64,000 nt of DNA from Candidatus Multivoradales bacterium (GTDB lineage: Bacteria; Acidobacteriota; Thermoanaerobaculia; Multivoradales; Multivoraceae): assembly GCA_965223325.1 (NCBI GenBank), contig CBDCWI010000002.1, forward strand, positions 576,001 to 640,000, in the 5' to 3' direction. Of the stretch, positions 1-9,608 are shown in pieces. The notes under the pieces were generated by a model. That model did no database searches. It was not told the origin of the DNA and worked only from the letters and a program-made list of their open reading frames with translations. The number at the start of each line of letters is the position of its first letter. Position 1 is the stretch's first letter. Both the position numbers and the translations under genes were made by a program.

Positions 1-594
1 GTCGACCACATGATCTTTCTCTTGATGGCCGCTCACGACACCACCACCAGCGCACTGACCAGCATGGTTCTGCACGTCGCCCAGGATCAGGCAATTCAAG
101 ACCGCCTCCGCGAGGAAGCGCGCGGGCTCGAGGTGCCAGCCATCACCTGGCAGGATCGCAACAAGCCCGTAGGTGTCGACTACGCCTTCCGTGAGACCCT
201 GCGTCTCCACCCGCCGGTTCCTTTCATCGGTCGTCGGACGGTGCGCCCGTTCCAGCTCGGCGACCTCGAGCTGCCGGCCAGCGCCGCGGTCAGCGTTTGT
301 TCATTGGTCACCCATCGCGATCCCGAGCTCTGGCCCGAACCCGAGCGCTTCGACCCCGAGCGTTTCTCCCCCGAGCGCGCCGAGCACAAGCAACACAGTC
401 ACGCCTGGTTCCCCTTTGGCGGCGGTGCCCACACCTGCATCGGCATGCACTTCGCCTACGCCCAGGTCAAGGCAGTCATGCATCAGCTGCTGCTCAGCTA
501 CCGCATCACGCTCGATGGCGACCCAAAGCCGTTGCGCGCGATCCCGATTCCCCACCCCACCGACGGTCTACCGATCCGCCTCGAGAAGCTCTGA
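1..594 (+). CDS. Cytochrome P450, C-terminal part (5' truncated by the window)
   Basis: I-helix AAHDTT, ExxR (ETLR), PERF and heme-ligand motif FGGGAHTCIG; frame is open from base 1. Confidence 0.95.
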   Translation, partial: VDHMIFLLMAAHDTTTSALTSMVLHVAQDQAIQDRLREEARGLEVPAITWQDRNKPVGVDYAFRETLRLHPPVPFIGRRTVRPFQLGDLELPASAAVSVCSLVTHRDPELWPEPERFDPERFSPERAEHKQHSHAWFPFGGGAHTCIGMHFAYAQVKAVMHQLLLSYRITLDGDPKPLRAIPIPHPTDGLPIRLEKL

Positions 595-642
595 TCGCCC
601 CGCTGCCGGTCCAGGAGCCCCGTTGGGCCGACCGCTTCAGCG

Positions 643-1551
643 TCAATCCCCGAGGAGGGCCGCGCAGCCACCTGGCAGACCCTGCTCGGCGAGCGTCTTC
701 TCGATTCGCTCACGCGCTCGCGCCAGGTAGGCGCGGTAGCCCTCGGGATCGACGAAGGCTCGCCGGTTCCCGGCGCGCACTGCCTCTCTTTTCTCGGCGG
801 CGCGAATGAAGGAGCCGTGGGAGGCCAGGAAGATGTCTGGCGAAAGGCTTTCGAGATGAGCAACGCTGGTGCAGAAGTCCTGCGCGATCCCCGGGTAGCT
901 CTCCTCGGCACCAAGCAGCTGGTAACCGTCGAGAACCGTCAGACTGCACACCGAGACCCAGAGGAGCTCCTCACCCCCGATCGTCGCCGTGCCGCTCCAC
1001 GAGGTGCAGCCGCGGGTGTGACCCGGGGTCAGGTGCGCAGTGAGAGTCGTCGACCCGAGGCGCAGCTTGTCGAGGTGCACCAGCTCGAGAGAGGCCTCTG
1101 CCGCTTCGTAGGGGGCACTGTCGGCGAGATGAAAGTCTCCTCGCCCGCCGTTCGCGACCAGCGTCTTGTCTGCAGCTGAGAGAGCCAGTTGCGCGCCGGT
1201 CGCTCGAAGAGCATCAGCGATCCCACCGGTGTGGTCGAAATGCCCGTGGCTGGCGAGCTGAATCCTGACGTCCGCCGGATCAAAGCCGAGCTTTCGGATG
1301 TTCCCGAGTACCAGCTCGACGTTCTCTGCGAGTGGCACATCGATCAGGAAGTGCCCCTCATCGGTGGTGATCAGGTAGGCGGCAAGGTCTTCGCTCCCGA
1401 CCCAGTAGAGGTTCAGAGCGATCTGAAAGGGCTCGATCGGGCTCGTCCAGGAGGCCGGCGTCTCCCAGTCCTGTGCGGCGACCGGAAGACTGAGCCCGGC
1501 TGCCGAGCAGGTTGCGAAGAGGGTGACAGCCAGCGTTCGGATTGCGCTCAT
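643..1551 (-). CDS. Subclass B3 metallo-beta-lactamase-like secreted protein
   Basis: Signal peptide, PF.I..NLYWVG, HGHFDH zinc motif, TPGHTRGCTSW, ASH; start taken at MSAIRTL. Confidence 0.85.
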   Translation of the reverse strand: MSAIRTLAVTLFATCSAAGLSLPVAAQDWETPASWTSPIEPFQIALNLYWVGSEDLAAYLITTDEGHFLIDVPLAENVELVLGNIRKLGFDPADVRIQLASHGHFDHTGGIADALRATGAQLALSAADKTLVANGGRGDFHLADSAPYEAAEASLELVHLDKLRLGSTTLTAHLTPGHTRGCTSWSGTATIGGEELLWVSVCSLTVLDGYQLLGAEESYPGIAQDFCTSVAHLESLSPDIFLASHGSFIRAAEKREAVRAGNRRAFVDPEGYRAYLARARERIEKTLAEQGLPGGCAALLGD

Positions 1552-1699
1552 CGCGGGTACCTCGAAGAGTCCGGGGGTCAGGAGACGTCGCATGCTAACC
1601 GCCACGACCGCATTGGCGAACCAGTGGTTCGAGGGGCGCACGTTCTTGGTTTCTTTCGAAGCTACACATTCAGCAGAAACGTGGCATCATGACGGCCGT

Positions 1700-2719
1700 A
1701 TGAAATACGCCGTGACATTGATTTCCGGGGACGGAATCGGCCCCGAAGTTGCCAAAGCCACCGTCCGCGTGGTCGACCACGTGACTGATCAACGCATCGA
1801 ATGGGACCCGGTGACCGCCGGCATGGGGGCAGTCGACCAGGGGCTCGAGCCGCTGCCCGACGGGGTACTCGAGTCCATTCAAAAGACCCGCATCGCCATC
1901 AAAGGTCCGCTTCAGACTCCCGTGGGCGGCGGCTACCGGAGCGTCAATGTAACCCTTCGTCAAGCACTCGAGACCTACGCCTGTGTGCGGCCCGTACGCT
2001 CATTGCCGGGAACCACCCGGGCGCGCTACGACAACGTCGACCTCATCATCGTGCGCGAGAACACGGAAGGGCTCTATAGCGGCCGCGAGCACGAAGTCGT
2101 CGACGGTGTTGTCGAAGCGCTCAAGATCGTCACCCGCGAGGCCTCCGAACGCATCATGCGTTTCGCCTTCGAGTACGCCCGCAATCACGGCCGCAAAAAG
2201 GTCACGGTGGTACACAAGGCCTCGGTCATGCGGCTTTCCGATGGGCTGTTTCTCGAGTGCGCGCAGAGAATTGCCGCCGACTATCCGTACCTCGAGGTCG
2301 AATACAAGCCGCTCGACAGTCTCGCCCTCGAGTTGGTGCGTGACCCGACGGTGTTCGATCTGCTGGTGATGGGCAACCTCGACGGTGATCTGGTGAGCGA
2401 TCTATGTGCCGGTCTGGTGGGCGGGCTCGGGCTCGTTCCCGGCGCCAACATCGGCGACGGTTGCGCGGTTTTCGAGGCCGTCCATGGAACGGCGCCCGAC
2501 ATCGCCGGCAAAGGGATCGCCAATCCGCTGGCGCTCATTCTGTCAGCAGAAATGATGCTGCGCCACATCGGCGAGGCCGGTCCCGCCGACCGCCTGATTG
2601 CGGCGGTTGAAACGCTTCTGAGCGAAGGCAAGCACCTGACCGGTGACCTCGGCGGCAAAGCCAACACGCGAGAACTCACCGACGCCTTGATCGAGATTCT
2701 CGACCGGAGTGCATCATGA
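1700..2719 (+). CDS. NAD-dependent isocitrate/isopropylmalate dehydrogenase family protein (catalytic, IDH3 alpha-like)
   Basis: GDGIGPEV, KGPLQTP, RENTEGLY, HKA, GDLVSDLCAGL, FEAVHGTAPDIAGK. Confidence 0.9.
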   Translation: MKYAVTLISGDGIGPEVAKATVRVVDHVTDQRIEWDPVTAGMGAVDQGLEPLPDGVLESIQKTRIAIKGPLQTPVGGGYRSVNVTLRQALETYACVRPVRSLPGTTRARYDNVDLIIVRENTEGLYSGREHEVVDGVVEALKIVTREASERIMRFAFEYARNHGRKKVTVVHKASVMRLSDGLFLECAQRIAADYPYLEVEYKPLDSLALELVRDPTVFDLLVMGNLDGDLVSDLCAGLVGGLGLVPGANIGDGCAVFEAVHGTAPDIAGKGIANPLALILSAEMMLRHIGEAGPADRLIAAVETLLSEGKHLTGDLGGKANTRELTDALIEILDRSAS

Positions 2720-3744
2720 ATCCGAAAGTTGCACTGATCGTTGGCGGCTCGATTGGCGCTGAGATCGTTCCACCGGTCCTTGACGTCCTGAGCGCGGCGG
2801 GGGCCAGGATCGACTGGCAACGCGTCGACGTGCCGGCCGCGACCGAAGACTCGAACCTGCAGGAGCTGCTCGGCGAGGCCCTGACGGCGGTCCGTGACTG
2901 CCGGCTGGCCCTAAAGACCCGGCTAATCGGTCCCAAACCGCACGAACTTGCCACCGACAACAATGCACCCGGGCCGATGAACCCGAATGTGAACCTGCGC
3001 ATGGAACTCGGCCTGTTCGCCGCCGTCCGGCCGATTCGCACCATGCCGGGCCTGTTCACCCGCTACCCTGACCTCGACCTCATCCTGGTGCGCGAGAACA
3101 CCGAGGACATCTACAAAGGGCTCGAACACGAGATCGTGCCTGGGGTCGTTGAAAGCGTCAAAGTCGTCACGCGCGAGGCTTGCGATCGGGTGGCACGCTA
3201 CGCCTTCGAGATGGCGCACGAATACGGGCGCTCGAAGATCACCTTCATTCACAAGGCCAACATCATGAAGAAGGCAGACGGCCTCTTCATGCGCACCGTT
3301 CAGGCGGTCGCCGACGAGAACCCCGACATCGAGTTCAAGACCATGATCGTCGACGCTTGCTGCATGCAGATGGTACTCAACCCGTATCAGTTCGACATCA
3401 TGTTGATGGGCAACCTCTACGGCGACATTCTGAGCAACCTCGGAACCGGCCTGGCTGGCGGCATCTCGATCGGTCACAGCATCGGCATCGGAGAGGACGA
3501 TCTCAGGGTCTTCGAAGCCATCCACGGTGATGCACCCCACCTCGTGGGAACCGGGAAGGCCAATCCGCTGCCTCTTCTGACTCCCGCTGTCGAGCTACTC
3601 CGACACCTCGGCCTCGAGGAGTCGGCCGAGCGCGTCCTGGCAGCTGCCGGGCAAGTTCTCGAGGCTGGGCGCGATGTCACCCCGGACCTCGGCGGTGAAG
3701 CGAGCACCACAGAAATGTGTCGCGCGATCGTCGATGCGCTCTAG
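2716..3744 (+). CDS. Second IDH/IPMDH family paralogue (IDH3 beta/gamma-like)
   Basis: RENTEDIY, HKANIMKKADGLF, DACCMQMVLNPYQFD, NLYGDILSN; ATGA overlap with the upstream paralogue. Confidence 0.85.
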   Translation: MNPKVALIVGGSIGAEIVPPVLDVLSAAGARIDWQRVDVPAATEDSNLQELLGEALTAVRDCRLALKTRLIGPKPHELATDNNAPGPMNPNVNLRMELGLFAAVRPIRTMPGLFTRYPDLDLILVRENTEDIYKGLEHEIVPGVVESVKVVTREACDRVARYAFEMAHEYGRSKITFIHKANIMKKADGLFMRTVQAVADENPDIEFKTMIVDACCMQMVLNPYQFDIMLMGNLYGDILSNLGTGLAGGISIGHSIGIGEDDLRVFEAIHGDAPHLVGTGKANPLPLLTPAVELLRHLGLEESAERVLAAAGQVLEAGRDVTPDLGGEASTTEMCRAIVDAL

Positions 3745-4370
3745 CCCCCGACCCGAAGGTCGAGCACGCGCAGGAAGTCCGAGATGATGCGGTAGGTCAA
3801 GCCCCAGACCACGTGCCGGTCGGGCTCGCCGACCAGGATTCCGGGGAAGGTCGATACAGGCATCAGCGGGTAGCGGTACGAAACGCGGCGTTCGGGATCG
3901 ATCAGTCGCGAGAGCGCCACCCAATGCGCACTCGCCACCTCTTCGCTGAAGGTGAGTTCAGGATCGCCTGATATCTGCCAGGCGAAAGCAGCAATACTGA
4001 GCCGCATGCTGCCTGCAGTGCTCGGCGACTGGTCGTCCAGGCGGGCCAGCGCCCCCTCCGTCCGGCTCGATGCGAAAAGGTCTAGACCCACTTCTTCGAG
4101 AGTCTCGCGGGCGGCGGTTTCTTCGAGCGACGCGTCGCCCTTCTCGACGCGACCACCGGGCAGTGCCATTTGACCAGACCAGCGGTCGCCGGGCCGTGCC
4201 GAACGTTCGATGAACAGGACCTCGGTGTCGACCTCGCCCCGCATGATGAGCGCCACTGCCGCTCCCGGTTTCGGCAGCCTGACCTGGCGAGGCCTTCTGG
4301 CGGTCAGGGCCTCACGAATTGCGATGCGGTCTGGCAGATCGAGGCCATCTGGTTGATCGTGGTCAGACAC
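3741..4370 (-). CDS. Nudix hydrolase, CoA pyrophosphatase type
   Basis: SGQMALPGG plus Nudix box ARETLEEVGL, C-terminal VWGLT. Confidence 0.9.
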   Translation of the reverse strand: MSDHDQPDGLDLPDRIAIREALTARRPRQVRLPKPGAAVALIMRGEVDTEVLFIERSARPGDRWSGQMALPGGRVEKGDASLEETAARETLEEVGLDLFASSRTEGALARLDDQSPSTAGSMRLSIAAFAWQISGDPELTFSEEVASAHWVALSRLIDPERRVSYRYPLMPVSTFPGILVGEPDRHVVWGLTYRIISDFLRVLDLRVGG

Positions 4371-4416
4371 GGCGGGAGAGATGGTACTGCTTTCCGGCGC
4401 TGGTTGTTGGTGTGAG

Positions 4417-4968
4417 TCAATCGAGCGGCAGGAACTCGAGGGTCAGGCCCTCGTAGGTCACGCTGTCGATGCGCACCGCAGCCAGGCGCCCCTGGTCGGT
4501 CTCGACACAGAGACAGTTCTGGTTCTCGAGATCAGGAATGGAGGTGTCTACCATTGCGCTCCTGAGAGCTTGGCAACGCGCGCGGTCCGGCGCCTCCATG
4601 CCGGCGACCGCTGCACGGGCACCGTTCTCGGGCACGAGAAAGAGAACTGTCATCGAACCGCGGGATAGTTCGAGCGCCAGATCGGTCTTGGCGTCCCCGT
4701 CGGTCGCGGCCGGGTCGAGGTCGACCGAAGCCCGGTTCGGGTCGCCGGCGACGAGCTGCACGGTGACGGGTTGCGCGGGCTCGGCACCACCGGTGGAACC
4801 TTCATCCGCTGCGCGGGCCGCCGCTGCTGCGGGGTTTGCCACCGCGAGCTCTTCCGCCGGCGGACCGGTGCACGCGCCGGCAAGCACCGCCGACGCCGTC
4901 ACGCACGCGAGCATGGCTGTTCTCTTTGTGCTCTTTGCGATCGTCTTCGGGTCCTTATCCATCGTCAC
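4417..4968 (-). CDS. Hypothetical lipoprotein
   Basis: Basic N-terminus, hydrophobic stretch, LAGAC lipobox-like motif, Ala/Pro linker, small domain with Cys; overlaps the lysozyme stop. Confidence 0.6.
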   Translation of the reverse strand: MTMDKDPKTIAKSTKRTAMLACVTASAVLAGACTGPPAEELAVANPAAAAARAADEGSTGGAEPAQPVTVQLVAGDPNRASVDLDPAATDGDAKTDLALELSRGSMTVLFLVPENGARAAVAGMEAPDRARCQALRSAMVDTSIPDLENQNCLCVETDQGRLAAVRIDSVTYEGLTLEFLPLD

Positions 4969-6005
4969 TCTCCGCGCGGAATGATGAGCTCCCGGCCAGC
5001 TCGAATCCTGTTGGGGTCAGCGATGTCGTTGGCAACGACGAGGGCCTCCACCGTCACGCCGTAGAGGCGGGCGATGCCACCCAGGGTCTCCCCCGGCTCG
5101 ATGCGATGCAGCCGTTCCGGCGTCTGGTAACCATGGGACCACACCTCACCTTCTCGTGCCCGACGACGGACGAGCCCCGGAAGAACCGCACCGCCGGCCT
5201 TGACCCATTTGTCGAGTTCTAATGGAACCGCGTCGTATTCCCCGCGATTGAGCCGCGCGCGGAGCGTTGAGCCCTCGAGCGCTCCGCCGCCGAGGTTGAA
5301 GGTGAACGAGACCAGCGCGTCGAACTGGTTCTGGTTGAGAGGCACCTCGATCAAGCGTCGCACCGCGTCCTCGGCGACCGAGGCGTCTTCGCGAGGCAGT
5401 GCGGACGCTTCAGAGCGAGTGATTCCGTTCTCGTACGGCGCCTCGCTAGCGCGCCCATCGCACGGCCCGAGGTGGACCAGGTGGCCGAAGCCGATCGTGC
5501 AGTGGCCAGCGGGATCGTCATAGAGAGTGCCGGAGAACCCTTCGAAACCGGCGATCAGTTCGACACCGCTATCGCTGAGACTGAGATCGGCATTCGGCGA
5601 CGGCGTCGTCAGGAGGGCGGCGCGGGTGCGGGGACCCACCAGCCCGTCAGCCGTCAGGCCTTCGGCGGTCTGGAAATCGCGCACGGCACGGTCTGTTCGG
5701 GCACCGAAGATCGAGTCGGCAGGACCTGGCGAGAAGCCGTGAATGGCAAGGCGCTCTTGAACCCAACGCACGCCGTCGCCGCGATCGCCCTGGCGAAGCG
5801 TCGTCGAGACCGGGGCAACGCTCTTGGCCTCGAACAGTGACGGCTGGGCGGACACGTAGCTGTCAGCCGGAGCGGAGGCGGTGACGGCCCCTTTGGGGGT
5901 TTCTCTGGGGGTTTCGATTGCGGCGGGGGTGGCGCCGCGCCGGAACAGCGACACGAGGTCACCTACCCAAGAGACAGCGAAGGCTGGTTTGAGAACAGAA
6001 GACAT
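4965..6005 (-). CDS. GH24 (phage-type) lysozyme with peptidoglycan-binding domain and C-terminal LysM
   Basis: PG_binding_1 repeat (LRQGDRG..V..VQ..L / DG.VGPRT), EGF..LY.D.AGHCTIGFGH catalytic E-D-T, NQFDALVSFTFNLG, GLVRRRARE, LysM GETL..IA..YG. Confidence 0.9.
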   Translation of the reverse strand: MSSVLKPAFAVSWVGDLVSLFRRGATPAAIETPRETPKGAVTASAPADSYVSAQPSLFEAKSVAPVSTTLRQGDRGDGVRWVQERLAIHGFSPGPADSIFGARTDRAVRDFQTAEGLTADGLVGPRTRAALLTTPSPNADLSLSDSGVELIAGFEGFSGTLYDDPAGHCTIGFGHLVHLGPCDGRASEAPYENGITRSEASALPREDASVAEDAVRRLIEVPLNQNQFDALVSFTFNLGGGALEGSTLRARLNRGEYDAVPLELDKWVKAGGAVLPGLVRRRAREGEVWSHGYQTPERLHRIEPGETLGGIARLYGVTVEALVVANDIADPNRIRAGRELIIPRGE

Positions 6006-6230
6006 GAGAAGGGATTCCTCCGGTTACCATCAGACAGGCGACAAAGTGCCGGATCGGCTACCAGGAAAGATGTGTAGCCGCATGGATAGGTCAGCTTCAA
6101 TGGAAAGGAGTCCGGTGCCTTCCGAATTCCCGTCGATTCGTTACGAGTAGCGTTCCAACGCTCGAGTCGGATCGAGGGCGCAAGACCCCCCTACGGCCAC
6201 GTCAACGGCTTGTTTCGGGGGTATTCGGGC

Positions 6231-7235
6231 TCAGGCCCCGAGCGACGCAAAGACTCCTTTCAAGGTGGCAAGGGAAACATTGCCGCCGCAGACAACGATC
6301 GCCACGTGTCGGCCCTGGAGATGCTTGGCCATCCGCCGCCATCCCGCGATCGCTGTCGCTGCTGCGCCCTCGATGGCACGCCGCCGTGTTCGGAGGTGTT
6401 CGACCATCGCGTGGCTGATTTCATGCTCGGGAAGGCGAACCCAGGCATCGACGCTCCGGGCGCAAAGGGGAAGGGTCATCGTCCCGGGCTCGAGTCCGCC
6501 GGCGGATCCGTCCGAAAGCGTCTCCTCGTCAGGGTGCGAAACGAGTTCGCCCCGCGACACCGATTCCGCCATCACTGCGTTGGCACTCGGGCTGCAGCCG
6601 ATGACGATGGGTGTGGGTCTCTGGCCGCGGGTGACTTCGAGCGCCGCGGCTGTGCCCGAGATCAAGCCGCCGCCGCCGACTGTGATGAGAACGACGTCGA
6701 CCTCGGGCCATTGTTCACGCAACTCGATTCCGAGCGAACCCTGGCCGGCAATGACGTCTGGATCGTTGTACGGCGAAACATAGATCTTGCCACTGGCGCG
6801 AGCAGCCTTGCGAGCGGCGAGCTCGGCGTCGACACATCCGCCGTCAACGAGCTGGATCGAGGCGCTGGTGTCGTTGAGCTTGCGGCGTTTCGCAGCCACC
6901 GTAGAGGCGGGTACGAAGAGGGTCGCCGGGATATGAAAGCGGGAGGCGGCATGAGCGACCGCCAGGGCATGGTTGCCGGTCGACGCGGCGATGACGCCGC
7001 GCGCTCGTTCCGCGGGAGTCATCTGAAGCAGGCGCCAGGTGGCACCGCGGATCTTGAACGAGCCGGTCGGTTGCTCGCACTCGAGTTTGAGGCGCGGCTC
7101 GACACCCTCGATCGCCAGTTCGGGCGCCGAAACGAGAGGCGTCGGGGCCAGCTGGAGTGCAAGGGCCTGGCGGGCGCGTTGGCTCTCGGCGCCGAGCGTT
7201 GCGAGGTCGACCACGGTTGGAGAGGTCCTGGCCAC
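6231..7235 (-). CDS. PLP-dependent threonine/serine dehydratase family protein
   Basis: KLECEQPTGSFKIRG, STGNH, VGGGGLISG, CGGN. Confidence 0.9.
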   Translation of the reverse strand: MARTSPTVVDLATLGAESQRARQALALQLAPTPLVSAPELAIEGVEPRLKLECEQPTGSFKIRGATWRLLQMTPAERARGVIAASTGNHALAVAHAASRFHIPATLFVPASTVAAKRRKLNDTSASIQLVDGGCVDAELAARKAARASGKIYVSPYNDPDVIAGQGSLGIELREQWPEVDVVLITVGGGGLISGTAAALEVTRGQRPTPIVIGCSPSANAVMAESVSRGELVSHPDEETLSDGSAGGLEPGTMTLPLCARSVDAWVRLPEHEISHAMVEHLRTRRRAIEGAAATAIAGWRRMAKHLQGRHVAIVVCGGNVSLATLKGVFASLGA

Positions 7236-7241
7236 GGCGAC

Positions 7242-7742
7242 CTAGAGTTCCTTGCGCATGATCACTTCGGTGGGACGGTCGTAGCCTGGGTGCGCCCGGT
7301 GATCCACCACGCGAAAGCCGAGGGCGTCGAAGGTGCGCTGGTTCGCAACCAGCTCCATGCGCACGTCCAGCTCGAGCTGCGAGAGTCCGAGAGAGCACGC
7401 AATCTGCTCGAGGCGCTCGATCAAGCCGCGCGCCAGGCCGCGGCGGCGGAAGCGTTCATCGACGGCGACCTTGCCGACGTATAGCACGTCGTCACGGGGC
7501 TTACCGAAGGCGCAGGCAACCGGCCGACCAGACGCCAAGGCGAGAACCAGGTTCTCGCCGCGCGCCTTCTCTTCTAGCGTGTCGGTGTTCCAACTACGAA
7601 GCGACGACGGCGGGTCGATCCGGTCGTTCATATAGGCATACGACGCACAGAGGAGCCGCAGGAGAGCATGCCAGCCATGGAAGGCAGGTGGGTTCACGAG
7701 CCACTCGATCTCGGCTGTTCTGGGGTCTTTCATCTCAGGCAC
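7242..7742 (-). CDS. GNAT family N-acetyltransferase
   Basis: VAVDERFRRRGLARGL acetyl-CoA motif, N..F..LGF. Confidence 0.85.
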   Translation of the reverse strand: MPEMKDPRTAEIEWLVNPPAFHGWHALLRLLCASYAYMNDRIDPPSSLRSWNTDTLEEKARGENLVLALASGRPVACAFGKPRDDVLYVGKVAVDERFRRRGLARGLIERLEQIACSLGLSQLELDVRMELVANQRTFDALGFRVVDHRAHPGYDRPTEVIMRKEL

Positions 7743-7802
7743 CTGTCTCCCAGTGAGAGTTCCTATGGAGACGGCTGGAGTGCCAGCTATAGTAGCCGCC
7801 GC

Positions 7803-8936
7803 ATGAAAGTCGCCGACTTCGAACTAGAGCGCTGGCAGTCCGAGTGGGAACACCGGGTCGATATCAACCTCGCCGAGAGCAGTGTCGAAGGCATGCCGCT
7901 GGGCGAGCTGCTGGCGCTGGCGCCTGATCCCGACGGTGCGCGCGAGGCGATGCTCAGGCAACGCCTCGCCTACACGCAGACCAACGGAACCGCGGAGCTG
8001 CGCGAGCTCGTGGCAGCGCTTCACCCCAGTGCCACGATCGACAACGTCCACATCACCAACGGCGGATCGGAGGCGAACTTCACCACCTGCTGGTCGCTGC
8101 TCGAGCCGGGCGACGACATGATCGTCGTGACACCGGTCTACCCGCAGCTTCTCGGATTGGCGGAGGCCTTCGGAGCGCGGCGCATCATCTGTCCGCTCGA
8201 CGAGGACCGGGAGACCGGAGTGTGGTCTCTCGATCTGGACCGGCTCGCGTCACTGGTCACGACCAGCACGCGGGTGGTGGCGATCTGCAACCCTGGCAAC
8301 CCGAGCGCGACCCGTATCGATGAAGCCACTCTCGAGGGGCTTGCGGGACTCGGCGAGCGTCACGGCTTCTGGATCCTCTCCGACGAGCTCTACCGTGGCA
8401 GTGAGCACGACGGTGTCGTAACCCCGTCGATGTGGGGTCGCACCGAGCGCGTCGTCGTCGTCGGTGGCCTGTCGAAGGCCTACGGCCTGGCTGGGCTACG
8501 CCTCGGTTGGACGGTCACGCCGGCCGCGCAGGCGGCGGAGACATGGCGTCGGCGCGACTACACCACCATCGCGCCAACGGCACTCGGGGATCATCTCGCG
8601 CGCATCGCCCTCGACCCGGCCGTTCGCCCTCGACTCATCGAGCGAACGAGGGGGCTGGCGGTCGAAGGCCTCGAGACTCTGCGTCAGTGGAACGGAGCTG
8701 ACGGTCCGCTTCGCTTCCCCGCTCCCGACGCCGGTGCCTTCGTCTTCGCCCACTACCAGGCCTTCGAACGCGGCGTCGACTCACGGAGGGTCGCGCAGCA
8801 GGCACTTGAGGACCACAGCGTGCTGGTCGTACCGGGCGCACACTTCGGCCACGAAGGCCGTCTACGAATCGGAACCGGCTTCGGCGCCGCGAACCTCCTC
8901 TCGGCGCTCGATCGCATCACTCCCCTTCTCACCTGA
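7803..8936 (+). CDS. Class I/II PLP-dependent aminotransferase
   Basis: CNPGNPS, SDELY, GLSKAYGLAGLRLGW; start MKVADF. Confidence 0.9.
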   Translation: MKVADFELERWQSEWEHRVDINLAESSVEGMPLGELLALAPDPDGAREAMLRQRLAYTQTNGTAELRELVAALHPSATIDNVHITNGGSEANFTTCWSLLEPGDDMIVVTPVYPQLLGLAEAFGARRIICPLDEDRETGVWSLDLDRLASLVTTSTRVVAICNPGNPSATRIDEATLEGLAGLGERHGFWILSDELYRGSEHDGVVTPSMWGRTERVVVVGGLSKAYGLAGLRLGWTVTPAAQAAETWRRRDYTTIAPTALGDHLARIALDPAVRPRLIERTRGLAVEGLETLRQWNGADGPLRFPAPDAGAFVFAHYQAFERGVDSRRVAQQALEDHSVLVVPGAHFGHEGRLRIGTGFGAANLLSALDRITPLLT

Positions 8937-8988
8937 CGGCGATCCACCCGGCGTCGCGCGAGCGGCCCAGCCACGTCCAGGGAGCCCC

Positions 8989-9468
8989 ATGGATTCCAAG
9001 ACCTACCGCAACCTCATCGGTCAATTCGCGACCGGCGTCACCGTCATCACCAGCAACGTCGACGGTTGCCTCCATGGCATGACCGCGAGCGCCGTCGCCT
9101 CGGTCTCGCTCGACCCCATTCTGCTTCTCGTGTGCGTCGACCATGGCTCGAACTGCTACCAACAGTTGGCGCGAGCCACGCACTTCGGTGTCAACGTGTT
9201 GCGGGAGGGCCAGGACGCCGTCTCCAACAAGTTCGCCACCAGACACGATCCCGAACGCAACGCGCTCGCCGAAGGCGTCGAGTTCGAAGTCGGTCACGCC
9301 GGCGTACCACTCCTGGCCGACTGCCTCGTCCGCTTCGTCTGCCGCACCACCCAGCGCCAAGTAGCCGGCGACCACACCATCTTCATAGGCGAAGTCCAAA
9401 CCGGCGACTCCGTCACCAACGACGCCCCCCTCATCTACTGGAACGCCGCCTACCACTCCCTAACCTAG
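8989..9468 (+). CDS. Flavin reductase (HpaC/NtaB-like)
   Basis: FATGVTVIT, GMTASAVASVSLDP, GDHTIFIGEV; GGAG RBS before the ATG. Confidence 0.9.
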   Translation: MDSKTYRNLIGQFATGVTVITSNVDGCLHGMTASAVASVSLDPILLLVCVDHGSNCYQQLARATHFGVNVLREGQDAVSNKFATRHDPERNALAEGVEFEVGHAGVPLLADCLVRFVCRTTQRQVAGDHTIFIGEVQTGDSVTNDAPLIYWNAAYHSLT

Positions 9469-9557
9469 AAAGTGTCTGACACCTTCTGCCTTCCTTCTGC
9501 CTTCTGCTCCTTCTCGGTAGGCGCTAGAAGGGGCGCCAGAAGGTGTCGGACATCTTT
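9469..9557. repeat. Inverted REP-like doublet upstream of the transposase
   Basis: TGTCTGACACCTTCTG (9473-9488) versus CAGAAGGTGTCGGACA (9537-9552), 15/16 reverse-complementary; core GTGTC-T-GACAC is itself palindromic. Confidence 0.8.
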
Positions 9558-9608
9558 GTGGCACCAGGGATGTAACAGTCGCGGCCCGGTTCGTAACTAC
9601 CCGACGAC

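Noticed and set aside
4417-6005. Prophage lysis cassette
   Set aside because: No holin, structural, integrase or replication genes nearby; the flanks are housekeeping genes
6210-7484. Long alternative-frame or antisense ORFs (also 25352-26620, 38064-39275, 39040-40152, 60328-61908)
   Set aside because: They shadow well-supported genes, lack motifs, and are typical high-GC artefacts
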